This document shows, piece after piece, positions 26,100 to 39,699 of a stretch of 64,000 bases of DNA. A program made the position numbers and the translations under genes. The first letter of the stretch is position 1. Every line of letters begins with the position of its first letter. Below the pieces are notes generated by a model. That model was not told where the DNA came from. It worked only from the letters and a program-made list of their open reading frames with translations, and ran no database searches. Origin of the DNA: Eledone cirrhosa (Eukaryota). Location of the stretch: positions 380,308,001-380,372,000 of the forward strand of contig OZ024741.1 of assembly GCA_964016885.1 (NCBI GenBank), in the 5' to 3' direction.

Positions 26100-26866
26100 T
26101 ATTTATTTATCGATGGTTTATAAACCATGTGAAACACATGTATTGAAAATAAACATTTATTTTTATAATAGTTCTCCAGTTTCATGAAACTCTTATTTGT
26201 GGTTAATATTATTTTTAACAGGCATTATTTTTCTTGATTATAATCAGTGTCGGGAACTTGTTTCCATTGTGGAGGAGAACAGCCTTCAAACTTGTGGCGG
26301 GGCTGTCTATAAATAGCCGCCACTCGTTGGGCACAAATGGCACCCCAATAACGTCAAACAGTCCAGGCACGTCAAGGCAGAAGCAGAGGCCATCCCTAAG
26401 AGTGTAAAAGCTTGAGAAAGGTTCGTGTCGATTTCTCTGACTTGTCACCTGCACTTCCTCCTTGACGAAGTTCCACTGCTTCATCCTGGAGACGAATGCT
26501 TAAAACACAACTTACCCTTTATTCAGGGTGCGAAAATCCAGTATCGATAAATCTCTTTAATCCACTTTTTAACAATTTTATACTTTATTGTACTTTTATA
26601 ATTTTATTTAGGTATTACTCTTTATTTTATAATTTTAATTTAACCTGATACATATATAAACAAATTATTTGACATAAGCAAATTAAACTTACATACAACG
26701 TAAAAGCCAGCATACAAATAATTCTAACGAATAGCTTAGAACTTTTACAAACCTAAACTTTTAACTGTTTAATAGCACTTTTTTATTTATTTGGGACCTA
26801 AGCAATACAAAAAAAGTGATTACAAGCCAGGACAAGAGAAAAAAAAATGTTTGTTACACAGTGTTA
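26100..26866 (-). mobile_element. DNA transposon remnant with transposase fragment (superfamily not assigned)
   Basis: ORF 26484-26215 carries EWRLFIDS..SLKAVLLHNGNKFP, a motif I recognise from animal DNA transposases. A terminal-like sequence CACTGTGTAACAAAC lies at ~26863 (minus). Confidence 0.65.
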
Positions 26867-27009
26867 TTTGTTTAGAGCTGCTTGTATTGCATCTAATTAA
26901 GAATATTATAACTAACCTATTACTGACACATCTAGATTATTGATTGCTATTACTTTAATTTTTACATTTAACTGTTTTAAGTATTAATTTCATCCATTAT
27001 ATTATTCCA

Positions 27010-27156
27010 GCATAGTTACGTCCCTTTACAATCTGAGTTCAAATCTCGCCGAGGTTCACTTTGCCATTCATCCTTACGGGGTCGATAAAATAAAGTACCA
27101 GTAATGCACTGGGTAATTGCTGGCCTTGTGTCTAAAGTAGAAACAATTATATTATT
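27010..27156 (+). mobile_element. tRNA-derived SINE
   Basis: ctgagttcaaatctcgccgaggttcactttgcc..catccttacggggtcgataaaataaagtaccag..aattattatt. Confidence 0.8.
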
Positions 27157-28589
27157 CATTCTTGATTTTCATCTTTCGTTTTGTGTTATAAACACTATTT
27201 TGTTCATTAATTCTAAATTATTTTTGTCTGTTTCGTTTTGTCCACTCAATTTCTTTATTTCACATGATATTAGTTTTTGCAATTAATTTTTCTGTATTCA
27301 AGATTACCTTGGCACATTTTACTAATACATATCTCATATAAATTGCTTTTATAAATACAGGCTCTGGCATTTCTAGTTTTTCTATCATCTACAGTGTAGA
27401 ATTTAAAACCATTCATATAGAAAAGATGGCTTATTCTCTTAACATAACATTTCTGTTTGAGTTCAGTCTTGTTTAACATGTATGAGTACCAGGAAGAATG
27501 GAATTGGGGAGAGGGAGACCCATTTCAATACTTTTCATCTAATAGAGAGGGGTTTATATTTTAAAGTTTCCCTTTTATCTGTATATGTGAATTTTTTGCT
27601 ATTTACTTATGACATATTTTAAGTATTTTCATATTATTGGTGCTCATGTATTCTTGGCTAAAATTTCCAGGATCCATGAGAGAGAATACTGTCAAAAGCC
27701 TGTTGATAATAAATCCATGTTAATGCTAACACCTTCTCAATAAATTCATCATTATAGCCACATGAGCCATTGCATTATCGTTTCAGCTCTTCTGGAAAAA
27801 TCATTTTGTCTTGGTCTTTATTTAATCTCAGTACTATTATTGCAGATAAGGCACTTTAGCTTAAAAGAAAGCAAGTTATGGGGTGATTAGTAGAATCATT
27901 AGTCTTGAGGATTAAAAGCTGGTTTTCTCCTTAACAATCCAGCCTGTTGTTGTCTCTGGGAATGTTAGGAGCTTAAGGCTTCTGATACCAACCTGCCCAG
28001 AATTATCTAAGGTTTATGAATCAAAACTATTCATTTTAAAGAGTTCCTATTTAAATTGAAATCCTCCAAAATACTTTGATGTAGGCAACTTTTGTTAAGT
28101 TGTGTTACAAATGACATCATAGTGAAATAATAATTTTAGTAATCCTCTCAGAATTTTTTCTTAAATTAATTAAAATACAATGTATTTCATTAAAAATATG
28201 GAAACAAAAATGTAAAATGTTTTTACTACCAATTTATGCATCAAATTCACACATTTAATCCATTATTTATTACCACCTGACATTATACCTTGTTCTCAGT
28301 TTATTTATCCAAATACTTTCAAGTGCCTGCTCTTTTGTATTTTGTTACAAGTACATGTTCCACATAAATAAGTCATTTGACTACCAACATCATCTCCAGA
28401 AGAGCACACAGTACATCATGATTGATGATATATCATGGAATTGGAAGTAAATATTAATCTATTTTGTGTATTAGATTAAAGTCTGTCCAGCCCATGCAGA
28501 CATGAAAAAATGGATGGAAAGAATGATACGTTTTGAGTATGAATTTAGAATTGAACACAGAACTCCTGTTTCATTAAGATGATCTTAGG

Positions 28590-29340
28590 GGAATACATGA
28601 AGCATCTGAAACTATAATGATCCCCAGAAAAGCAGCCAATGGACAGGAATTGTTCATGTAATTGTCTCTTATGCGTTTTCTGTTTCCTATATTTCTCCCA
28701 CATGTTTTCTTAATAATATTTTCATTGTAACCACACAGTCTAATTTCTAATCAAACTGATGTTTACTACTCTACTGTGACACTCTATCACTCTCTTTCCC
28801 TCCCTCTCTCCATCTCTCTATCTATCTCTATTTCTCCCTCTATATCGACCTACCTTTCTTTTTTATTCTTCAGTCCTTAATACTCCTCTACCCTACCTAC
28901 TTGTCTCAGCCTTTTGCAATTTGATACTAACCTGGCCAGTCATCTTCACCATGTCTCTCCTTTTAATATTAATTCTAGGGCTATTGCTCAAACTAGTATT
29001 AATTTAATTCATTCCTTCATTTCTACTATGGTTACCTAGCCCTTATTTGTGTTATTTTTGGTTGCAGCAATTTTCCTGTCCCATACTAGTATATATTTAT
29101 TTTTTCTTGTTTTGTTTTGTGTATTTTCTTTTGTTAACCATCTGTTATGTTTTCATCCTAAATATTATCCATGGATAACTCCATGGTTTCTATTGATGCA
29201 CTGGTGGTGAATAGTCCTGTTTTATATAGCATCCAAAACTATAATGATTTCCCCCCAAAATAGCCAATGAGTAGGAATTGTCCATATACTTGTCTCTTCT
29301 GCATTTTCTGTTTTCTTTATTCCTCCCACGTGTTTTTTGA
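28590..29340 (+). repeat. Diverged ~110-bp direct repeats (28602-28711 and 29229-29339), possibly an old PLE pLTR pair
   Basis: gcatc..aaactataatgat.ccc...aa..agccaatg...aggaattgt.cat..a.ttgtctctt.tgc.ttttctg occurs twice. The PLE origin is inference. Confidence 0.5.
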
Positions 29341-30059
29341 CAATAGATATATAAAAGGGAATTGCAATGTTTATTCTAACACAAACCTAATTACCAGAAT
29401 GTTAAATCTACATGAAATGATGCTATCATGTTGAATTTCAATGTTTGTTTATTTATTTAACTCATTGTATTTAGTTACCATTTGTTTACAATGTTAATCT
29501 AAATCATTGAAAATGCATGTGTTACTCAAAAAGAATTAAACAGAGCAAATTTCACTCAAGTGCAAAAGAAAAGAAAATAACAGAAACCATGTTAGAAATT
29601 AAAGAGAATTGAATATTTTCTGGCTGAAATTTGTGCATGTTTTCCCAGTCAAAGGAAAATGAATAGATGAATTGTTCACAATGCAATATATATGTCAGAC
29701 AGGAAATTAGGCATAGAAGCTAACAATGAAATGGAGCAGTTATAAAAGAATCAAGGGGAATACTTAAAAAATCTGTCTTTTCTTTGATAAGTTTCAGAAA
29801 ATCAGTGGAATGGAAACTGGTTTTAGACAAGAAAACAAATTATATTTTAAAATTGAAAAGGTATTGGAAATTTCCAAAACAAAGAAATGCGCAATGAAAA
29901 CATTTCTTTTCTATTATTTTCATTTGAAAGCTTTCAGTGAATAGCCAGAAACTGAAGAATGCCAGAATAAATTGCTTAAAAAATTACTTACAAACCTCTA
30001 CATTCTGAGTTCAAAATCACCTTTCAAGAACACCTTATTTTGGTAATTAACCAAATGAA

Positions 30060-30593
30060 CCCTTTCAATACCATTCTGTTAAGATCTCCACCGGTTCTGT
30101 GACAAAAAACTTAAAAAGTTCAATTGTTTATATCGAAAGTAAAATCTTTGTTTACAACTTTATGTAAGAGTATTCTGTTTAGCTACTTTTCTCAAACCAG
30201 CTTAATAATAAAAATATTATTTATTTTACTAAATACTACCACATACTTTATTATCACTGAAAGTAATTTTGAAAACTATTGTCAGAGTATTTCTTTAGAA
30301 ATATTGCCACAAAAGGAGGGTTAATGCATTCATTTAATATGATACAACCAGTAAATGCTTCATAATTCGTATCTTTTTTGTTACCATATTTCTAATGAAA
30401 TATACTGCCTAAGTGTTGCAAATAATTGGGAATTTGTAACTAACTTTCTCATTATTAAGCTAGTATTTGGAACATAACGCAAGAACATTTTTTTGTATAA
30501 ACATACGATGGAAGGTGTTTTTTAAAATAAATATCAACACTTTCAAACAAAGTTTTGTATCATAAAACCATAGGCAGTTATAAAAAGGCTTAA
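30060..30593. mobile_element. Two degenerate piggyBac-type MITEs in opposite orientation (30060-30320, ~30373-30589)
   Basis: CCCTTTCAATACCA..GGAGGG|TTAA. The second copy is similar to 23605-23819 and ends ..AAAAGGC|TTAA. Confidence 0.55.
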
Positions 30594-30863
30594 AATCTAT
30601 TCGATCCTCACATTAGAATATATATATATATATTCTAATGTATATATATCTTGTATTGGACACGCATTGAGTGTTATCTAACAAGTGGCGTGTAATAGTT
30701 TAATTATTTAACTACAATCAATCATGTGTTTCAAGTGTGCTCTTCTCTTTTGCCTATCAATTATACTTCAGCTAAACAGGAGTATACAATTGTATTCAAC
30801 AGGTTCAAAGTACAGTCTGACAGCTCTGACAGTTTGAGGAGTAGACAATTCGTTTTGTTGCCA

Positions 30864-31034
30864 TGGCAGTATCGGTAGAGGGTCGGACGCCATGCTTTGA
30901 CGCATAGAGTTACGGCCCTTGCCATTCTGAGTTCAAATCCCGCCGAGGTTAACTTTGCTTTCATCCTTACGGGGTCGATAAAATAAATACACTGGGAAAT
31001 TGCTGGCCTTGTGCCAAAAGTAGAAATAATTATT
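30864..31034 (+). mobile_element. tRNA-derived SINE, most complete copy
   Basis: A-box-like TGGCAGTATCGG, B-box GAGTTCAAATCCC, conserved body and (ATT)-like tail. At least 8 related copies occur in the window. Confidence 0.85.
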
Positions 31035-31149
31035 GTTACATCCATGTTTCAGTTTAATAGTTCTACATATTAACAATTCTACTGTTTATTATGCTTCATT
31101 GTATCAAAATAGAAATTTGTAATTTATTCTTCCTTTTTCAAATACCTAT

Positions 31150-34100
31150 ACTTATAAGAAAATAAACAAGATACCAGCTGGTAGGCTACGGACATATGCA
31201 GGGAAACCTTGAAATAAAAGACATGCAGTGAAGCCAATCCTTTGCCATAAATGGAAACCACGTTCAGCAAGCTTAGTGGAGCAGGTTTCTTTGCTAAGAT
31301 TGATTAAACTGGTGCATATTGGCAGCTCAAAGTTGATGAAAACAGTCAGAAGCTATGTACCTTTAATACTACAAGAGAAGTCTACCTGGCTATGTAATTA
31401 CAGTGGGAGATGAATAATAGTTCTACAATGTTTCAGCATTCTATGAACAATGTTGTACTCAAAGGACTAAAGAATGTCATTGCATACCAAGATAATATAA
31501 TCGTTTTTGCAAAGATAGAAGAGAGCCTGATTAAACATTTAAATGCCATCCTTGGAAGATTACGTGAGAGGCAAGTCAGGAGCAACAGCAAGAAGTGCGT
31601 TCAAAAGAGTATAAGCATCACATCTTTAGGTTGTGTGATATTGGCAGAAGGAATTAAACCTGTTAAAAAGCTCATTGACAGAATCATGGCATTAAATCAG
31701 ACCAAGAACACTGAATAACTGTGATCCTTTCTCGGACTAATCGGATTCTTGGGCCAATTCATTTCAAATTTCAGTGAGAATACTATAAACATGCAGAAGC
31801 TAACTACTGCCAATCATTTTCAAAGCTGACAACAAATGCCTAAACAGCGTTGCGGAAATACTTTCACAAAATGGTCACCCTGTCCCATATGTATGAGAAA
31901 ATTGACATCTGCTGAATTTAATTCGTCAAATATTGAACATGAAGCATTCGATCCCTACTAATGCTTCTGAGAGAATCAGGTGATGGGGTATTCAATTAAT
32001 GGTGTTTCATTTTGAAATGTCGCATATCTCTGGTTCTAAAATTCCTCATGTTAATGTAATGTCAAGATTGTCAATGGCAGATGAAGAAATTGTCTTTGCA
32101 GTGGAGAAAGTGAATGACATTCCCTTTTGAGCCACGTACATCGATCGTGTGAAAATAATTACAGAATATGACAGATGTATTCAGAGAATCAAACATATGA
32201 TCATATCCGAAAAATGAGATTTCGAGAAAGAACTCCCTTTCAAGCATGATCATGATGAACAAACAATACAAGGCGGAATTCTATATCGGGGGAACGAGAA
32301 TGCTTGTTCCTTATAAACTATGCAACAGTGTGCTCCGGGACAGTCATGATACACATCTGGGTATTGAACAAATGTTCAGTAAGGGTTTTTCTTGAGTTCT
32401 GGTGGCCAAACATGTCTCGAGATGTTGTTACTTTCATTTCCATTTGAGTAGGTTGTCAAGATAATCGAATTCCAAGAGATAAATCACAAGCGACATGGAA
32501 TACAGATGGCTAATGGGAGCGTATTCACATGGACTAGCCTTTCATGAGCTACGTTGATACACCATCATCTTGCTTGGAAGGTTGTCAAAGATCTTTCAGG
32601 CAAAAACTCAAACTCTGCAGTTAGAATCAAAGGAGGCTCTGCCAAAAAACGTCTTGAAAATTGGTCTGCTCATTTTAAAAACCTTCTAGGGAAAAAGGCC
32701 AGACTCCCTGATAACTATCAACTGCCATCTGTTCAGGTTTCAGAGCCTTTAGGAATCAACACCTCTCCTTTCACCATGCCTGAGCTCAAAGAAGCCATCA
32801 AGCAGCTCAAAGCCTCAAAAGCCTTTGGGCCGGATAATATACCTACCCTGATTTGGAAGGATGAGCATTTCCACATCCTTTTGCTCAACTTATGTAACCA
32901 TACTTTCGAGACCAATAAACCACCTAGCGTCTGGCATGCAGCTCAAGTTATCCCCATGCCCAAAAAAGGAGATCTTTCTTTAGCCACCAACTATAGAGTA
33001 ATTTCTCTCATGGCAATTGCTGCAAAAATATACAACAAGCTTCTTCTTAACCGCTTAATCCCATTTCTTAACAACCAGAATGGATTTATGAGAGGTAGAT
33101 CAACACTTAGCCAGATTCTCTGCCTTCGCCGACTTATAGAGGAGTCCCAAAACCGCAATCTAGACCTTGCACTCATCTTTGTTGATTTTTCAAAAGCCTT
33201 CGACTCAGTTGACAGGTCGGGGATGTTTGAAATTTTACAACTCTATGGGATTCCTGATAAAATCATCGCGGCCATACGTGTAATGTATACAGATACCAAA
33301 TCAACTGTCCTGACCCCAGATGGGGAAACACCACCTTTCTCAATCCTCGCTGGAATTTTACAGGGCAATACCCTTGCTCCGTATCTATTTATCATTGTTG
33401 TGGATTATGTTTTGCGCATGTCTGTGGATAGGATTCAGGATAGGGGATACCAACTACAGCCTAGGAGAAGCTCACGCTACCCAGCAAAATACGTGACCGA
33501 CACCGACTTTGATGACGACATCGCATTGATCAGTCAGTCACTGGAAAATGCTGAGAGTCTTTTGAAGTCATTAGAGCAAGCGTCCAACTGTGTTGGACTG
33601 TACCTCAACGAATCCAAGACTGAGTATGTGAACAGATGCGCAAACAGCCCAAACTACCCCATCAGAACCCTTAATGGTACCACCCTTAAGCAGGTGGAAG
33701 ATTACAAGTATCTTGGCTAATATATCACCTCCTCCAAAAAATATTTTCTAACCAGGAAGGGTATGGAATGGTCAGCGTGCAATGACATGCATGCCATATG
33801 GACATCTCAACTTACCAACAAGCTAAAACTGGAAATATTCCAAGCAACCATTAAGCTCATATTACTTTATGGATCCGAAACTTGGACACTAACATCACAA
33901 CTTGAGAGGAGATTGGATGGCACATATACCCGCCTCTTAATGAGAGTGCAAAACCTAGCCTGGAAACGACATCCCACCTTGTCTAAAATCTACGGCAAAC
34001 TCCCTCGAGCCTCTGCCCTTCTAAAATCCCGGAGAGCTCAATTTGCTGGCCACTGTCACCGTGCCAGCAATGAAATCATATCTGCTCTCTTGCTCTGGAA

Positions 34101-34490
34101 CCCTGACTCCAGCCTGACTAGGAGTAGGAAGCTGTCATTCCCTGACGTTATCTCTAGGGATACGGGAATCAGTAGACAGGAGCTGGGGGCAGCGATGGGG
34201 GACGGGGAATTCTGGGGTATGAGAGTGAGATCCATCATCTCGACAGTAGTCGACGAATGATGATGATGATATCGATGCCATTCATTGCATGTCACACAAA
34301 ATAGAAAATGTAGAAAAGTGATTGCTGCCTATCTTTGGTCTGTTGGGGTTGCCAAATGCTGTTGTATCAGTCAATGCTCCATAATTTACAGCATTGAAAG
34401 TTTGGTGATAGTAAGCTTTGACCAAATGTTCCCATCGACAGAAAGGATCTAAAAGTATGTGAGCGAACATCTACATTAATGTCTAAATAA
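31150..34490 (+). mobile_element. Ty3/Gypsy LTR-retrotransposon pol remnant, split by an RTE insertion
   Basis: RT: NSSTMFQHSMN..VIAYQDNIIVF..HLNAIL.RL..KKC. Integrase HHCC region: SHDTHLGIEQM..WWPNMSRDV..CQ, WERIHMD. After the RTE comes LPNAVVS.NAP (integrase core). Many stops. Confidence 0.75.
32554..34270 (+). mobile_element. RTE-clade non-LTR retrotransposon, 5'-truncated
   Basis: 388-aa RT ORF (KAFGPDNI, NYRVISL, QNGF..GRST, FVDFSKAFDSV, GILQGNTLAPYLF, DFDDDIAL, YKYLG), one stop, C-terminal LLYGSETW, and a (TGA)n tail. Confidence 0.9.
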
Positions 34491-34559
34491 TATACATTAG
34501 TGAGGTTGGTAGCTACGGTGATCCTAATTTTAACTCATTAAATGTTGCTATTAATTCAT

Positions 34560-35588
34560 CTTTAAAACAGTCCAGGTCATGACCACTTTTATGGCTCGAG
34601 CCCTAAAAACTTCACACACATACATTTAGACCCTTTCATAAATTTAATGAAAAACTAGCTTACATACACAAAGGCACATGCCACCTACTAGCAGTCTCCA
34701 AAAACTTTGTGAAAAATATCGGCACTAGAATCTCCTATGTCTCTTCTAATAAAGCCATCTTTGACAGAGCAGCACCCTGTTACAACACAGCGTTAGCTAA
34801 TAGTGGCTTCTCAGAATCAATTGCTTATGCTTACTCCTCTCGTAAAGCCATCATCAATAAAAAAAGAAGTCATGCAAATAAAGAAATAATTTGACCCTAT
34901 CCCCCTTCTCACTCAATGTTAAGACTAATGTAGGTAAAATATTGTTAGCCTTCCTAGATAGGCACTTCCCCATAGGTAATAAATACTGTTCCTTCTTTAC
35001 CAGACACAGGGTGAAACTTGGCTACTCCTGTGCTAAGAATATGAAGGCCCATATCACCAACAACCCTAAGAGCACAACCCCACCAGGATGCTCTTGCCAA
35101 AGACCTGAATCTTGTCACCTTCAACAACAGGGCCACACACCCGCTGTAATTTAAGAAGCTGTAGTCACTTCTAACCGACCAAATAAATAAAAAGTGGCCA
35201 AATACTATGTAGGTATTGGTGGAAGGCTAGTTTAAAGAACACTTCCTGAACCATCTGTTGACATTTAAACACCCGGACAAACGATCGTCCATGTTGTCCT
35301 CATGTTTCGAAATATCTATTAGGTCATTTCAAAGCCTCAGACTGACTATCGGATGTAACTCCTCTAGACTGAATATCATAAATAATCTATTGTATTGTGA
35401 TATTTTACAGTCACCTCCCTACCATCGATCTATTGCGAGTTAATGCCCCTTTGAGAAGAACTTGTGTGCATGTCTATTTATGTAATTGCTTTCAATTTCC
35501 GTATTATCTCGTTTAAACCAAGCTGATGATCCGTCTAAGGTGAAACAAACTGTTCTCGGAAATAGTGAATTAACTGTTGTGGAACTAC

Positions 35589-35590
<2 letters not shown>
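34560..35590 (+). mobile_element. Penelope-like element 3' remnant (thumb/linker/GIY-YIG plus pLTR)
   Basis: IGTRISYVSSNKAIFDRAAPCYNTALANSGF, SPFSLNVKTNVGK..LDRHFP..VKLGYSC.KNM, CSC....C and YYVG. It ends in a hammerhead motif and (TA)n. Confidence 0.8.
35518..35559 (+). ncRNA. Type I hammerhead ribozyme motif
   Basis: CCAAG CUGAUGA UCC-GUCUAA-GGU GAAAC-AAACU-GUU CUCGG. Stem II is weak and stem I has one mismatch. Confidence 0.55.
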
Positions 35591-35656
<66 letters not shown>

Positions 35657-35864
35657 GCACACATCAGTGCATTAAATTCAACAAAAAATTAATGTTACAA
35701 GTTAATGAAACAATATAAGTTAACTGGAAATTGAACCTGGAGAATATAATTTATACCATAGTACATTTGTATGGGTATTGTATTGACATAATATATTCGG
35801 GTTCTATATAATTTTAATGTACGAAAATAAATGCAAGTATGTGTGTATGTCATGATGCTTGTGA

Positions 35865-35921
35865 AAACACCAACAACCATCCTATACAACAACTTGTTGT
35901 ATAGGCTGGTTGTTGGTGTTT
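35865..35921. repeat. Near-perfect 57-nt palindrome
   Basis: aaacaccaacaaccatcctatacaacaa-c-ttgttgtataggctggttgttggtgttt, with one mismatch. Confidence 0.9.
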
Positions 35922-38019
35922 AAACCAGTAGTCATTGCAAATGTGCTTCATGAGGAACGTGACATTTGACTTCCTGTATGATGAAAACCAAAACCTGTCA
36001 AAGAGCAGATGAACTCTTGTGAGTTAACAAGCATCCAGTACTGTATATATTTAGAGGTCTTATCTAAATTAATAGGGTGGTTTGAAGGGAAACATATTTT
36101 TCCTGAAGGAAAATGTAGAAGTAAACTTTTATTTTATATTCTATTTTCATTTATTTATTGCACATTTTTATGGAGATCATCTTGAACCAATTTTTGAAAT
36201 GCTTGGATGCAACAACTGTGAGTGAATCAACATTCCAAGATCACCTGAAGAATCTCTGCATATTTTTAAAAGCAATTTATATAAGGAATTCATGTGAATG
36301 TATATATAAGTATTTCATTAATAAACACAAGCAAAGTAAAATACTGTGGCTAGTGAGATATATGTGTAACTTATTCAATTAACTATACCTACTCTTTGGA
36401 AAAAGTTGATATTAGGCTTAAGCAATAAATCAATATTATCGTGAGAAACATTCTATTATATGAAATGACCAAAATGAGGAAAAATAAAGACAGGAGAAAT
36501 ATCTTGTATAGACATGAAATATATTCCATGGAAATGGAATACAAAATAAAATACAAATTAAGTAAAAAACAAATATGTCTTAACTCATTTTAAAATGGAA
36601 ATTGTCTAGCTTAATTTCTCCCACCTTTCCTTCCATGAGACCAAATGGTTTTTTGATTTACTAGGGAAACATTAATGTAAATCTTAAGTGAAATTGAAAG
36701 TGAGGGATAGAGAGAACGCCATGTGTGTGTGTGAAAGAGATAGAAAGAGAGAGATGTGAAGGGTATTTTGACTATAAAGATTTTAGAGAAATATAAAGCA
36801 GTATGGTTGTGCCAAGACAATATTTTATTATATATTTTAAGATGATAAATTTAGACACCAAATTGGACATTATAATTAAATTGCACTGCTAAAATTTGGC
36901 ATTATATGAAATTGTTTTATCAAAATATTTTCGTTATCAAATTGTAGTTAGTTTGATGGTTTTTGAAATTCAAGCATTGTTGGTGAAGGATTTAAAGCCA
37001 ATCAATTCAAATAGGATGTGATAATTATTTATCAAGACAAGTCAATTAACTATGGAGAGATAGAGGTAGAGATAATATTGGTAAATGGATACAAGATTGT
37101 GAGATCAATTTTCCTTTCGGGCATTTCCTTGTTTCCAAGTAGGTCACTTTGTTACATTGCCTCATTTAATCCAACTTTTCAGATATACATACAAGATCGT
37201 TTGAGAAAGTTATCTGTGAACTAGACCAGCTAAACCTCATCGATTTAATATCAATAAATCAAAGTTAATGTTCACTCTGAACCTTGCAGTCAAAATGGAG
37301 TTTAGATCTATACATTTGATGTAAAGAATGAAAGACAAATACCTGGTAAATTAAAATGAATACCTTGATTTTAGTCATGGTATTACTACAGAATGGTCAG
37401 TTGAGAAATTGCTCTGTAACAACACATGTAAAAGACTTGAGTTTAAAATACCATTCAAGAAACAAAATCTCAAGTATTTAACAACAGGGAGCTATCAGAG
37501 AAGGAATCACTTTTCAGCATACAAGAAAATGCAATAGAGAATTTGAAAGAATTCATTTATTTTGAAAAGTCGATTTTTAGTCCAAAAGCAATCTTAGTAA
37601 AGCTACAAATATCAAAGCTACAAATATTAAATGTAACAGTTAATTTTAAAGAACTGAGAATCAGAGAGCAATAGTAAGAGAGAACAATGTTAATATGAAA
37701 ACAAGTGGAATGTTACTTGAAGATTGTGTGAAATGTTGACTGAGATATGGAGTGCCATCATGGCTTCCAAAATAAATTGAGAAAAGAGAAATACAAGCGT
37801 GGTGGATACAATTTCAAAGAAACATGTTTAAATGGAGTTGGAACAGAAGCATTCGCAATGAAGGAGTATATAATGTTGTATACACTAACATAGAAAAACA
37901 AAATATTTTCAAGACTTCCACCTTAAAGCGCATCACCTATGTACAACACCTCAAGTATATAATACATATATGTTAAGCCAAAAATACAACAGACACAAAG
38001 ACCTAAGATCTAAGAAACT

Positions 38020-39545
38020 TGTATACCTCCCATTAGACAAGTCACTGGAATTACACCCGTGCTGGTAGAGAACTGGATCAACACTGCCTATACCAACATC
38101 TGTGACTAGCAAAGGCTCCCAAAGAGATTCCGGTACAATTACATAATGAGAAACAGCAGGCTACCCAACTTCTACCACCTAATCAAAACCCACAAAGAAG
38201 GACCCAACCTGAAAATTAGACCCATTGTCTCCAGTGTTGAAGGACTATCTTATACAATCTTCTGGCTTCTATCCAAGATTGTAAAGCCCCTGTTGACAGC
38301 CATCCAGATCCAGGTCTACAGCTTGGATAAAGTCATCCAGTGACTAAACCAACTCAAACTTGACACCATCAAATCCAACAGGTATGTCTTCAGCCTAGAT
38401 GTAGTATCCCTTTACAAATCAGTACCTGCACTCCTGGCTGTGGACATACTCACTGAATATGTCAGTTTCAGCGACCTGGATTGTTTTGGCTTCACCATAA
38501 TCAACATCCACCAGCTCCTATCTATCATTGTCTCCAACGCCTTTTTCAACTTCCTTTGACAAACTTACCCACAGACCTCTGGACTACCCATGGGATCCAG
38601 CTTCTCGGGTTTACAGGCAATTTTGTACATGAATAGACTAGAACGCCGAGTACTCAGCTCCTGCCACACCTTCACTGTCTTCACTAGATATGTGGATGAT
38701 ATACTCATTATCACATACACCGAGGAGAATACCAACAAGATTTTCGAATCTTTCAACAATGCTGACAATAACAAGTTCAGCATTGAATATTCCATTGATT
38801 CTGGGTCTCTAGTTCTACTTGATTTCAGACTAAACATCTCAGATAGTCGTGAAATCCACACTGTTTTCTACTGCAAAGCGGCCAGCAGAGACCTGTTTTT
38901 TTTCATTACAAATCTGCTCTGACCAACAGTTCTAAAAGTGGGTACATTTTCAACGAAATGGCTCACATATGCAACCGATACTGTGACGCTGCTAATAGAG
39001 CCACCCATATCAGGTGATTCCACAGGGTGTTAGAGATTAACGGCTATCCATCTTCCTTCTCCGACCCACAATGAAACCCCAGACCCAGAGATCGGACCAA
39101 CACAAACAACCGTTCCTTCTTCAAGATCCTACATCTGAGCAAATTATATCACTCTGGACCTTCCCTGCAAAGATGCCTCTCCACAAGACAACCCTCCAAT
39201 GAGGATAACAGATACCCTTTAGCCAATTGCCCTATACAAAACACTAATGGTTGCCTACATACCTACGTAGTATACAGGGTAGAACGTAAGAAGTGCCATA
39301 TAATTTACATAGGTAGCACTATTCGACCGTTACATCTCTGTATTAAAGTGCATGTTAACACTAACTCCACTTCCTTCTGCAAATACATCATCAAATGCGG
39401 AAACCAAGACAACATTACCATCACAGTTTTAGCTACCGATCACAGTATAGGCATGCTGAGAATTAAGGAAAGTCTCTTGATAAAGCAATTGAAACCTAGG
39501 ATCGATAATGAAATCGAAAGAAGTGCACCTGAATGGCTAATTTAA
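38020..39545 (+). mobile_element. Penelope-like element (RT + C-terminal GIY-YIG), degraded
   Basis: LPNFYHLIKTHK..IRPIVS, FSLDVVSLY, GLPMGSSFS, FTRYVDDILI, VVYRV..IYIGSTIRPL, LRIKESLLIKQLKPRI. Confidence 0.85.
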
Positions 39546-39699
39546 AATATCCAACACAATTACGCCATCATTTCAACATCTCAGTTGTCCGTTTCATTTT
39601 TTCTTTCAAATTAAATGTACATCCTCACTAAGCATATACTCGTAGACTCAAACACACACACATATTTCCTCTAATTTATCATATACATATTTGCACTTC

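Noticed and set aside
30864-30945. Functional tRNA gene
   Set aside because: A/B boxes are present, but there is no cloverleaf and it continues into a multi-copy SINE body.
37183-37345. Possible exon after a pyrimidine-rich acceptor (ttttcag)
   Set aside because: All frames hit stops before the candidate donor, and there is no recognisable protein.
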